DNA of 63,315 nt, the filler included, from Octopus bimaculoides (lineage: Eukaryota), in the NCBI RefSeq assembly GCF_001194135.2. It is 5 parts of 5 records of this genome, joined end to end, with 100 filler letters (N's around TTAATTAATTAA, not from the genome) between each part and the next. Parts side by side here need not be neighbours in the genome. Positions count along the whole stretch, not along the records: positions 24,948 to 51,936 come from NC_068992.1; 4 more parts are not named here. The stretch is one strand, 5' to 3'. The first letter of the stretch is position 1, and the number at the start of each line of letters is the position of its first letter. The position numbers and the translations under genes are program-made. The notes under the pieces are model-generated. The model did no database searches. It was not told the origin of the DNA and saw only the letters and a program-made list of their open reading frames with translations. Shown piece after piece: positions 25,291-37,347 of the stretch.

Positions 25291-28014
25291 CAAGGTCAAA
25301 AGAGCTTTTGACCCAACCCAATCAGGAAGCTACTTACCACACAACTACTCCTGCGCATATGTGTGTTTGTGTGTATGTGTGTGTGTGTTTGTATGTGCGT
25401 GCGTGTGTATGTGTGTGTGTGTGTGTGTGTGTACAGAGAGAGAGATAATAGAAAATGGATTGAACGACATTCTTTATTTAAAAATCACTAAGATGTTTAC
25501 GCTCATAGTATATTAGTGAGATGTTATAAATAACACATTGTGTTATGACTATCATCCGTCTTCAGGCGGATACCAGGAATATATATAACTGTCTGAGAAG
25601 ATAAGATTACCACTTTCTTTAGAAGCAAAATAGTAAACCTGTCTCCTACCGCTTCTCTCGTTTTTGGGTCCTTGTCACTTTCTTTTTGGAATCTGATACC
25701 TTTGGGTAGTGACGGCTGCTGTTCATTGGCCTCAGCTCGCTCCAGGTCCATTCCCTTCTGCAAAAACATTTTCATGCTTCCCTTTGCGTAGGCTTTTCTC
25801 TAACACTCTAGGGTTTACAATCAAAAGCTAGTTCAGAATGCAAAGAGTCGTTCGAAATTATTGTAGGATGGGTTCACTCTCTCCCTCCACACTTTAAACT
25901 ATTTGCTGTTGTCAAAATGTCAGTGTCAGCACGAAGAAGAAAGGACAATTTTCACTGATTAGTATTCCCCAATTTATCTCCAGGACAGAGGTGGCTTGAG
26001 TGTCTTGTCCCACTGCATCTGGTGTTCCTGGTGTGACGCCCCACCGATTTTACACGGTGAGGCTCCTCTATTTCCCCGTAGACCCTGTGTATTATGAACG
26101 CTTTCTTCTAACTGCCATTGGTATTTTGCAACTTCTTGGCACCGTACTTGCCAAGTCCTTGCTGTCTCTGACGAACTACTCGTATAATCTTCCGGTGCTT
26201 TCACCATATTTCCGCTTCCTTTCTATCTTCCTGGGGCTCCCACATTCTTCCGCCGTTTACCGTCTCGGCAAGGTCGACTCTCTTATTCTTAGACAATAGC
26301 AATATACCGATTGCATTTCCGTTGGTAGATTTAAATTTCTGCAACACCGATGAGATTGGTAGGCTGAGCATTGAGTTTTTGCTATAGAGTTTGAATGATC
26401 CGAGAGTTAGGCAAACACCTTCCCATCTTTGCATTTACTGCACAACCTCTCCGTTGCCTCAAGGCACAGTCTCAAAGCAAGAATGCCCACTCTACCTGAG
26501 TCAAGGTATAGTCTTAAAGCAAGGGTGCTATACAAGAAGCGCCATTCATGGAGCATTACAAGTAACTTCCTTTAATCAACTATCCTCAGTGAGTTGTTTA
26601 TCTAGGTCTTGGTACCTTAAGCGTTGCAATTGTCATTAAAGTTATTATTATAGTTCTTCCCAAACCTTAGAAATCCTTTTAGCTTTGCTTGGATCGTCGG
26701 GATCTCAGGTACCTGAATACTAAAGATGCTATTTGTCACCCTTCCTTTGGGTATTCTCTGTCTCCGGGAATAAAATATAAAGAATTCTAAGTTTCGCTTA
26801 TATATAAATTTATATATCATATCTATTACATTTTCTAAGAAGAAAACTATTTTTCTGCATAATTTTCGTATTGTCACTTTCGTAGCTCACAAAAACTACT
26901 ATAATCAATTTATTCTGTAACATGGTACACGTACCTGAAAAAAAAAATGGTAATAAAAAGGAGCAGACAACAACACGGAAACCCAAATAAGAGAAAGATT
27001 GAAAGACAAACAACAAGAGAGTAAAGTGGGAAATGGGAGAAGGAAGAAAAGAAGGATTAGAATTTAGAGTAACTCTGTTAACTAAATACTTTTGAAAGAA
27101 GGATAACGTATATTTTAAGAATTCAGCTAATTTAATGAAGCCATTATTAAAATAAACAAACATCATTAATCAGTGAAAGAGTAGGAAGTGGTTAAAAGGA
27201 AATAAGAAGACCGTATAAGTAGGGTGTTGATATCATTACTGTAGAGCATCTAAACAAATGCCTTCCGGTGTTTTATATATTTTCATTCTCATAACTCTAA
27301 GGTTAGCGTTGTGTCTCCTCCATAAAAAATGTGCCATTCAAGTTCTGAGGATCGATGTAAATAACTAATTCTATCTTTACAAACAATTCTGGTGTTGTCT
27401 CTAAATCAGGGGTCATAATCTTAATTATTATTTCCAAGAAGCATATTATTAATCAAAAACATGAAGTCTACGTATTAATATATGCTAAGTTGATTAAACA
27501 CGGAATTAAATTAATTAAAATGTTCTTAAGTTAATGAAATCTGAGCCAAATTAATTCAAAAAAACATATATGATAAGAATTAGTGTGGTAGGTGTACGGA
27601 TTAATATTTCTTTAGATGTACGCTAAGTTGTTTGAAGTTAGAATTAGATTAATTTGAAGATATTCAGTTAATTGAGATCGAAAGTAAATTTAATTCAAAA
27701 TGGCAAGATATAATATTGGCTTCCTGTGGTTCGCTGAACAATATCGGATGAACCAAAGACGCTTGAAGATAAGAGAGATATATAGCCATTCTTACAAATC
27801 TTGTACATGTGATATATATAATTAAGATAATGAAACTAAATGCAAGATAAGAAATAAAATTAGATATATAGAGCCCAACTATTAAAAATCACTTGTTGCT
27901 ATTTAAACTACGACCTTTAGTTACATATAAAACAAAAGTTTTGGGATTGAAAACTATACACGAAAAAGAAGTAACAGAAAATTAAAATAAATAAACTTTG
28001 TGTGTGCGTGTGTA

Positions 28015-28225
28015 TATGTCTCTGTGTGTCCCCCCTCAACATCGCTTGACAACCGATGCTGGTGTGGTTACGTCCCCGTAACTTGGCGGTTCGGAAAAAG
28101 AGAAAGATTGAATAAGTACAAGGCTTACAAATAATAAGTCGAGGGGTCGATTTGTTCGACTAAAGGTGGTGCTCCAGCATGGCCGCAGTCAAAATGACTG
28201 CAACAAGTAAAAGAAAAGAATAAAA
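28015..28225 (+). mobile_element. SINE family A second module without head
   Basis: caacatcgcttgacaaccgatgctgg...ggtgctccagcatggccgcagtc, with CpGs retained. Confidence 0.85.
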
Positions 28226-28988
28226 GAAAAATAATTTACAAAAATCAATAAAGACAAATCTATAACCCATGATGATACAAATATATATATATATATATAT
28301 ATATTGATATAAAACCATAGAATTAGATATCTTATAAGGATGTGAACATATTTTAATTTGGTACAAATAGAAGCATACGCAACACACACACACACACACA
28401 TATGCACACACTCACACTCTCGAACACACACACATATGTACGTATGTACGTACATACACGCCGACGGTCATTCAAACGTACGGTTGTACATTTGATATGG
28501 TTTAAGGAAAATACTCTGCTTAGAAACATGTTTGGCTCCCATAACTAAAAGCAAAATATTAAACAGGCTGCAGCACGCACGCGCACACACACACACACAC
28601 ACACTTATATATAGTACACAAACACATACTCATACAGATACACAAAACTCAGTTAAGAGTATTTCAAAACTACTGTCCCACTTATGTCGCAAGATTGCTC
28701 GTTAGTAATATGGTGTATCTTTACATAGCATTTTCTTGGAAAATGCTATGTAAAATTAATAACACACAACTTTCAAATTTCGTATATATCTCGATGAGGG
28801 AAACTATGCTGATCACGGTTTGAATTAGTACGTTAACTGTAAATTGTTTGGCTGTGAGAACAATAAACCCCTCGGCTGAATTTGCAGTATGTTCATGACA
28901 TTGGTACAAAATATCCATAACCTGATTGTTGGAAATTAGCGGTCGTTTACAGATTCACTGCATCAACAGTTGTTAGAAATTAGGTAAG

Positions 28989-29384
28989 TTACAGCTTTGT
29001 TTGTTTAGATGAAGTTATATTTGAGACAAAACTATTTACTGCAGAATATATTTTGTTTTTATTTTTAATATCTATCATAGCTGTAAAGGCAGGTAGTTTA
29101 GTGATGAGAGTTTTCGAATCACAGTCATCAAATTGTGCTTTTGATAGCTGAATAGGCGATGCGTTGTCTTCTTGAGCAAATGAAGAGAAGGGGCAAAGAA
29201 ATAAGTAAGGAGAGAACTAATAAAGGAGAAATATAGAGTGATATGTGAGTTAGCACTTCTCTTCATATGTGCTACCTTTGACGTCATATCTAGTAACGGT
29301 TTTTTGAAAATACTTAATAGCGGTCTGTTCATCATTTGCACAGTCATCACGTTTGTTAAGTTTGTTGAGTTTGATTCTCTTTCC
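28989..29384 (-). CDS. Candidate two-exon end of an unknown gene (29276-29384 and 28989-29170)
   Basis: Phase-compatible GT-AG 105-nt intron with a strong pyrimidine tract; gives GKRIKLNKLNKRDDCANDEQTAIKYFQKTVTRYDVK/EDNASPIQLSKAQFDDCDSKTLITKLPAF...stop; no homology recognised. Confidence 0.3.
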
Positions 29385-29577
29385 CTGATGAGAAGATTAC
29401 ATTATTTTACACCATTTATTCATTTGGAATAATACCAATGTTGTCTTCGAAACCTATGTCAGAAGTAAAAGAATTTGAATAACATCTGCGTTTCACTCCA
29501 TTTATTTATTGATGCTATACAAACTGCCCATTAACCCGGAGTTTCTGCCTTTGAACAGATTGGTACATCCTTCATAC

Positions 29578-29628
29578 TTGCGTGAATTGTGCTACCCTGG
29601 TAACTGTTTATTGAAGTTTCCGTGTTAA
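29578..29628 (-). CDS. Candidate 51-nt phase 1-1 exon (NTETSINSYQGSTIHA)
   Basis: Acceptor ttcctttgtttacag and donor CAA|gtatga. Confidence 0.25.
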
Positions 29629-30024
29629 CTGTAAACAAAGGAATATTCACTCATCCTTATATATATATATATNNNNNNNNNNNNNNNNNNNNNNNNNNNN
29701 NNNNNNNNNNNNNNNNNNNNNNNNNNNNNNNNNNNNNNNNNNNNNNNNNNNNNNNNNNNNNNNNNNNNNNNNNNNNNNNNNNNNNNNNNNNNNNNNNNNN
29801 NNNNNNNNNNNNNNNNNNNNNNNNNNNNNNNNNNNNNNNNNNNNNNNNNNNNNNNNNNNNNNNNNNNNNNNNNNNNNNNNNNNNNNNNNNNNNNNNNNNN
29901 NNNNNNNNNNNNNNNNNNNNNNNNNNNNNNNNNNNNNNNNNNNNNNNNNNNNNNNNNNNNNNNNNNNNNNNNNNNNNNNNNNNNNNNNNNNNNNTATATA
30001 TATACACGAGAGTAAGCAGATAAA

Positions 30025-30185
30025 AACAAAATAAGGTTGAAAAACTAGCACTCTAATACCAGTGGGGGAATAATATGCTTTAATAAATGTAGCAAAAATA
30101 CAACAAAAACTGTAACTGTTTCATGTTCCCGGTCGTCGGACAGTTTTGTTTATAATGGAATAAAAATAAGGTTGTATGCATAAAT
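30025..30185 (-). mobile_element. Short repeat containing a minimal hammerhead-like fold (possible Penelope-like terminal repeat)
   Basis: The minus strand reads aacaaaactgt CCGACGA ccgggaacat GAAA cagtt acagtttttgtt. Confidence 0.4.
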
Positions 30186-30523
30186 ATACAATTACTTTTA
30201 TAGATACACATTTGAAAGTGGTTTTGCTTCATTCGTCCTTTCAACTAACAGTTGCACGCAGTAACAAATTGCGGTTTAAAATCATATTATAAAAATCGAA
30301 GAAAACCTTAAACCAAAAACAGCTCATAAAGAAGGTAATGGCTTGGATACCAAGAGTAAATAATTAGCTGTAAAATATTAATAAATTAATAAATCGTTTA
30401 ACATAAAGAAATGTTCATGCTAGATTACATATGTATTTAACAGTATATGCACATACCAAACAATCTGTAATATACATATTTGCACTAAACATACAGACGC
30501 AATACATGGCTTCATACATATAC

Positions 30524-30622
30524 AGACATTTCTAGGCAAGTCATAAATAACTTCCACTGTTTCTTTCTCTCCCTCCCTATTTATTATTATGTGATTTTTT
30601 TCCATTTCTTTCGCTCTTTCGC
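30524..30622 (-). CDS. Candidate 99-nt phase 1-1 exon (ERAKEMEKNHIIINREGEKETVEVIYDLPRNV)
   Basis: Acceptor ttgttacag and donor T|gtatat; open frame; contains a YDxP motif. Confidence 0.25.
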
Positions 30623-32181
30623 CTGTAACAACTAACTTTATAAGCATACGCCAAGAGACTTTGTGTGCGTGAACGTGTGTTCATGCATACATATATATCC
30701 ATTTGTATATATTCACGTCTTGCCCAAAGTGTCAGGCAGTGTGATTGAATTCGTAACTCCGTCTTTGGGAAAGAAACTCCTTAGCCACTCCTACGCTTAG
30801 AGGATTTGTTTAAATATTTGTGTCTCTCTATTACAATCTCTATATATCCTTCTTAGATACAGTAGTGATTGGTTTAACGAAGTTGGAGGTTTTAGTAAAA
30901 TACGCACTGTAATGAAAACGCATGAAAGGAAATTAATATCGTCGAATAAATATACTCCTCTTTTAATACAACATGTATTCACTCATACAGATATAACGGT
31001 TTTAATTAAAGTAAATTTAATTTTAATGCCTTATTTTTAATACCAAACACTATTTAAAATATTGACTTCGTCTGCAAATTCATAGTTTTTGTCTTCTTTA
31101 TACCGTCTTATGACCTCCTACTGATCGAAGTTTTGTATACTTATTTCAATAATGATATTTTTTAATACAATGAACATACGGAGCCATTTTTCAAAAGCAA
31201 GTTCACAAACGAACTAATTTGTCTTCTTTTCTGTCTTCTCTCTCCTCGTTTCTCTCACTAGTTCTTCATTTTCTTTTACTAGTTTCAACGATCTGTTCTT
31301 TCCATTTTCGTATTATAAATTCTATCATAGTGAATAAATTGTTTCAAATACTTTTGATGAACTTAGAAATTAGCGAAACGTGCATGCAACCAATAGAATA
31401 GAATCCCCGATTTAATATAATATAACACGAAAAATATGATATGTTATAACATATAATAAGAATAATAATTGTAAGAGACAGACAGGTAGATAGACAGATA
31501 GAAAAGATTGATAGATAGATAGACAGACATATTAATGTATATGCATATATTCATAACAAAGAACAAAAGAAAGAGTGATCAATAACAGAGTAAAACTGCT
31601 TAAGCATATATAATTTATTGAATTCGGTCAGCCGTTCTGCAAACCTGTCTGATACCCGGGGTATTATGAAACACACATGCTTTTTGTCGCATTTGAGTCA
31701 TTGTCTTGGCATTTTGGTCACATATATATATATATGATAGGTCGACGATGACAAGTGACGTAAANNNNNNNNNNNNNNNNNNNNNNNNNNNNNNNNNNNN
31801 NNNNNNNNNNNNNNNNNNNNNNNNNNNNNNNNNNNNNNNNNNNNNNNNNNNNNNNNNNNNNNNNNNNNNNNNNNNNNNNNNNNNNNNNNNNNNNNNNNNN
31901 NNNNNNNNNNNNNNNNNNNNNNNNNNNNNNNNNNNNNNNNNNNNNNNNNNNNNNNNNNNNNNNNNNNNNNNNNNNNNNNNNNNNNNNNNNNNNNNNNNNN
32001 NNNNNNNNNNNNNNNNNNNNNNNNNNNNNNNNNNNNNNNNNNNNNNNNNNNNNNNNNNNNNNNNNNNNNNNNNNNNNNNNNNNNNNNNNNNNNNNNNNNN
32101 NNNNNNNNNNNNNNNNNNNNNNNNNNNNNNNNNNNNNNNNNNNNNNNNNNNNNNNNNNNNNNNNNNNNTATATATATATAT

Positions 32182-32212
<31 letters not shown>

Positions 32213-32281
32213 TATAGATATAGATATAGATATAGATATAGATATATAGATATATAGACAGATAGATAGATAGATAGATGT

Positions 32282-32320
<39 letters not shown>

Positions 32321-34401
32321 CATACATATAATTAGTAGGGACAGAAGCAGTGTTATATATCCTATTTAAAATTTCATGTTGTGTTAAAAGACAATGCAGC
32401 GCTATTTACTATGAGATTCCTTCAATATGGACTAAGCGTGTATTCAATTACTGTTTTATATCGCAACCGGAAAATCACCGTCCGATTCCACAGCCGAAAC
32501 TACAAGATCAGGTGATTTCTGCCTTCCTTCACTTCGTCAGTGGTAGATGTCCTGCTACAGATATAAACATGAGTGCTTATATACACCACAATTCCATATA
32601 AGTGGTTTGCTCATGGTCAACAAAGCAGAATTTTGTGTTGTAACACATCCATTTGTAAGTGGGGTTATACATATGTGTGTGTTTCTCTGTGTGTGTATGT
32701 GTCTGTGTGTGTGTGCGTGTGCGTGCATGCGTGTGTGTGTATAAATAAACCCATGTAAAGAAATAAATATATGTATGTATTTGTGCGTGTATCTATGTGT
32801 TAAGGAGCAATGAGCGGAAATAGAACAGAGCTTTTGGGGTTCAAGTTTTAAGAAGGTTTGTATTAGTCAGGACAGAATCTTAAGAAGAAAAGAAAGGGTC
32901 TTAACGTTTCGATGGTTGGTCTTCAATCTGTAAAATAATATATAATCGAAAAAATACAGAGAAGAGTGAATGTAACATGTCGGTTGGCACAGAAAGAAAA
33001 ACGTGACGTAATTAGAGACCATGTGGGAATACAGTGCTATCTGTGGATAGGAAACGCGCAGCAGTGGCGCTGTGTGTGCACATATAAGAGGATATTCGTA
33101 TATAGAGATGAGATGGGAAATGTGTGTGTTTGTGCGTGTTTTGGGCGGGTGTGCGTGTGCATTTCTTGGGCGTCTGTAGGCGTACAATGATGGGAAGGTG
33201 ATAGCATGAGATAATCGTTTTTGAAACGAATAATGTGTATGTGGACTTGTTTTTGATGGAGAGGAGGCGCAGTTGAGGGGTTGAAGAGAAGGCAAGAGGA
33301 ACATGATATAATAGAGAAACACCGATTAAAATCTTAGATAGATAGTAATAACATAATGCAAAATGAAAATAATGGTGGAAAATCAATGGACGTTATGAAA
33401 CGTGCAGTATCCCGCCAAAGACAACATCACAAAAGAAAATTGCAATAACAGTCCTTTCCGAGAAAGCTTTTAAATGAAACTAGTCTAACTAAGCGATAGT
33501 CTATCACTTTTGATTATATAGTTACTCACCTCCAACTAAACATACACTTAAGTTTCCTTCAAAACACTTTATCGCCTTAAGAGAAACATGCATAAAGCGC
33601 AATAGAATGTCTCTCAAGAATATTCTACTACCTTTAAAAGCTCAAAGAGCCATGACAATATTCTCCTAATTACCAGCTATGAATATTATACACTATTATT
33701 ATTCGTATACTAATATTATATATGTATTAATATTGTGTATTATGTCCTACAATTTGTTATTACAACTTCGAACAAAACAAACATTCCAGTTTTTATTGTA
33801 TTTCTCTTAAATACATGATTACTGTTTGTATTAGAACTTGAATTATCGATACTAAAATATAAGAGTTGAAGATTTCTTCAATCTTTGTCAATCTGTAATC
33901 ATGAAAATTTTAGGCAATTTAAACAGCTTGTTCCTGTATTCCGATTTGTTTGTACTGGGATCGTGCGCATTTTTTAAAATTCTACTGGAATGTACCATTA
34001 GTACGTTGGTTTGAGGTTTTCATATCGAGATAAAATGCACGCTATCTCATCGATTCTTTCTTTATATAATTTATATCTATATGGAATATTTACGTTTTAA
34101 TCCTTTCAAATGTCTCTTATTTGTCTCGTCAAGATGAATTGATTTTTCAAGTGTAATATTCACGGAAAGTATCTTCTTAATTTATTTTCTGTTTATGTCA
34201 GAAATAAATACGGCTAATGTAGTTAGAACTGATAACTTGCTTGTTCAAGTGTTGTATATTCGGAAAAAGAAAATGGCTTTCTGTTTTTCCTTCTAAGAAT
34301 ATTAAAATATTTGTGCTGTTTTCCGTGTGTAATGACTACGAGGAAAAGGATAATAATGGAGTATTGGTTGAAAGGGTGAAGGTGAAGTCATTTATTTGAC
34401 A

Positions 34402-34445
34402 ATGGAACCCTTAGTATCTTCATCAGCTAACGCTCCAAGTGATAG
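34402..34445 (+). CDS. Candidate first coding exon (MEPLVSSSANAPSD)
   Basis: Good Kozak context gacaATGG and donor AG|gtgagg; no downstream exon confidently linked. Confidence 0.2.
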
Positions 34446-34703
34446 GTGAGGCAAATTGAGAGAAGCTTAGCGTGGAGATAATCTAAGGTCTGTTACAACT
34501 CTAGTAAATTGAGAGTGAATGACAGCATGATTGAATTAGTAAAAAAATGAATATTTTATTTCTAATAAAGAAGAGAAAATTGGCGCTTGAGACGTTGGAG
34601 CCGAATGAGTTGTGACATAAAGAATGACCAATCAGTGTCTGTTACTGAAGTAGAAACTTCATATTTTGTTATGAGAAGAGAAATATATTTAATGAGTATG
34701 TTT

Positions 34704-34747
<44 letters not shown>

Positions 34748-35353
34748 AGTGGGGGTGGGGTCTGTGTATGTGGCGTAATTTGAATACATGCGAAGACGTC
34801 AGACAGGAAGTGAGTCAAAGATAGAGACAGAGAAAGAGACAGACGGACGAAAAGTTCGTGAGAGAAAAACATACACTCGAATTCTGCACTGTTTTTGCTT
34901 TAATCTGTAACCGATTAGTTGAAAGAAATGCTGGGGCGCTGTCATAGAACCAATCTCTCTGTCNNNNNNNNNNNNNNNNNNNNNNNNNNNNNNNNNNNNN
35001 NNNNNNNNNNNNNNNNNNNNNNNNNNNNNNNNNNNNNNNNNNNNNNNNNNNNNNNNNNNNNNNNNNNNNNNNNNNNNNNNNNNNNNNNNNNNNNNNNNNN
35101 NNNNNNNNNNNNNNNNNNNNNNNNNNNNNNNNNNNNNNNNNNNNNNNNNNNNNNNNNNNNNNNNNNNNNNNNNNNNNNNNNNNNNNNNNNNNNNNNNNNN
35201 NNNNNNNNNNNNNNNNNNNNNNNNNNNNNNNNNNNNNNNNNNNNNNNNNNNNNNNNNNNNNNNNNNNNNNNNNNNNNNNNNNNNNNNNNNNNNNNNNNNN
35301 NNNNNNNNNNNNNNNNNNNNNNNNNNNNNNNNNNNNNNNNNNNNNNNNNNNNN

Positions 35354-35397
<44 letters not shown>

Positions 35398-35514
35398 GTA
35401 TGTGTGTACCTATATGATACACACATATATGTATACATGTTCTTTTACTTGCTTCATTCATTTGACTTAGGCCATGTTGGAGCACTATATATATACATAT
35501 ATATATATATATAA

Positions 35515-36340
35515 GACGAAGACAGGTGGTGTAGACAACAAACAGATGTATTAGTTTAACGCTCAGGAGGTGAAAAAGTCTTTAACATTTTGAGCCACAG
35601 AAAGGAACACAGAAAGAAACAAGCAGAGAAAATAAAGAACGTGTAGTGGCTAGCGATCTATTATGGCGAATGCAGACAGAGGTGTTACACAGGAGAGCTA
35701 GGAAGAAGCGGAGATAATAAAGTAGTAGTTACCCCAAAAACGAAGGTGCGCGTGCGTGTGCGTGTGTATAAGAGAGTATGTATGTGCGTTTGGAAGCGGG
35801 CTGGTGACTTTGACATGTGCGTGTGTGTATGTGTAGGTGTGCGGATGATGGTGTGGGCTGGGAAGTGGTCAGTGCTAGTCCGTGCGTCGTGGCGTGATCT
35901 GATGTGATGTGGTGTTGTTTTGTATCATGGTGTACGGTGTAGTGGTGTATGGGGTGGGGTGAAATCGTTGGGGAGGCGAGAGCGGGGTGTTGGTTAGGGT
36001 GAGGCTGGGGGTAGAGATGATGTATGTGGGTAGGCTGATGGTAGGGTATGTGGGTGTGGGTGTAAGGGATGGGTTGGTGTGGGATGGGATGGATTGGGAA
36101 GGTGGGGGTTAGATTATGTAGGGTTGGGGTTACGAGGGAGGAGTGACGATGAAGAGAGAGGGGGAAGGAAGAAGGTGGATAGCAGTGAAGTGAAGAAGTA
36201 GGAGTCGAAGCAAGAGAGGTGAGGTGAGTGGGAGGAAGTAGGTGAGAGAGGGAGAGAGGAGAATGGAGGAAGGTTAGACGAAGCGGGGAAGATGGTTAAA
36301 TGAAGAGGGGAGGAGAATTGAACCCATGTAGTGCAAAGGA
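35515..36340 (-). mobile_element. Penelope-like element 3' region/pLTR remnant
   Basis: Pyrimidine-rich low-complexity tract followed by a degenerate ctgtg..gctc(g)aaa(c)gttaaag hammerhead-type remnant; assignment is by pattern recognition. Confidence 0.4.
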
Positions 36341-36349
36341 GCGAACATA

Positions 36350-36705
36350 GTTGCTTCGGTCAGTTGACAACGACCATGCTGGTGGACTGCTTTGAAGAAA
36401 TTTAGCCGAGCAAATCGTCCACAAAACCAATATTTTTAAAGTCTGGTACCTATTCTCTCAGCGTCTTTCTCAGAGCCGCTTGGTAACGGGACCTAAACAC
36501 ACCAACACAGCTTGTGAAGCGGTGGTGGAGGACAAACACGCACACGTATAAACCAGTCATCTTTCACTTCCATCGACCAAATGCACTCACAAGTTTTGGG
36601 TTTGCCCGAGGCTATGGTAGAAGAGACTTGCCGAAAATGTTACCCAGTAGGAGTAAACCCGGGACCTCGTGGTTGAGAAGCAAACTTCTTACCATATGCT
36701 CACGA
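36350..36705 (-). mobile_element. SINE family A, divergent
   Basis: acgaccatgctgg...aaacacaccaacacagcttgt..agcggtggtgg...gtaaacccgggacctcgtggttgagaagc. Confidence 0.7.
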
Positions 36706-36782
36706 TATATATTTTGTATGTATGTATGCATGTATGTATGCATGTATGTATGTATGTATGTATATATGTATGTATGCATGTA

Positions 36783-36975
36783 TGTGAAGGCGAAATGGCT
36801 CAGTGGTTAGACCGTCGAGCTTACGAACGTGAAGTTATGAGTTCGATTCCTAGACAGGACAGTGTGTTGTGTTCTTGAACAAGGCACTATATTTCACGTT
36901 GGTTCAGTTCACCCAGAAATTAGTTGCGACGTCACTCGCTCGTGCCAAGCTATATCAGCCTTGGATAATATCAGT
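36783..36975 (+). mobile_element. SINE family D 5' part
   Basis: A box tggctcagtgg and B box gagttcgattcc; matches the 2128 copy. Confidence 0.8.
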
Positions 36976-36984
36976 GAAGGAGAA

Positions 36985-37135
36985 AGAGAAGAAAGAAGAA
37001 GAAAGAGAAGAAAGAAGAAGAAGAAAGAGAAGAAGAAGTGGAACAAGAGGAAGAAGAAGAAGAAGAAGAAGAAGAAGAAGAAGAAGAAGAAGAAGAAGAA
37101 GAAGAAGAAGAAGAAGAAGAAGAAGAAGAAGAAAA
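36985..37135. repeat. (AAG)n microsatellite
   Basis: Seen directly. Confidence 0.95.
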
Positions 37136-37316
37136 CGGGAGTGGTATCACTCAGTAGTAAAGGCTGTCAGTGGAATCTGCTTTAATGGTCAAGTCACCTC
37201 ACAGTGATGTGTTGTAGTTGTAGTAGTAGTAGTAGTAGTAGGGATTGTTTTAAATAAATTCTTGGGTAACGACTGTTCTAAATGTATCTATCGTTTTGTT
37301 ATATTTCCGTGCGTAA

Positions 37317-37347
<31 letters not shown>

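Noticed and set aside
35580-35610. Hammerhead remnant in a Penelope-like 3' end
   Set aside because: The CUGANGA/stem II portion is deleted, so it cannot form the catalytic core.
36862-37207. Poly-Lys/poly-Arg ORFs (protamine-like)
   Set aside because: Translation of a pure (AAG)n microsatellite.
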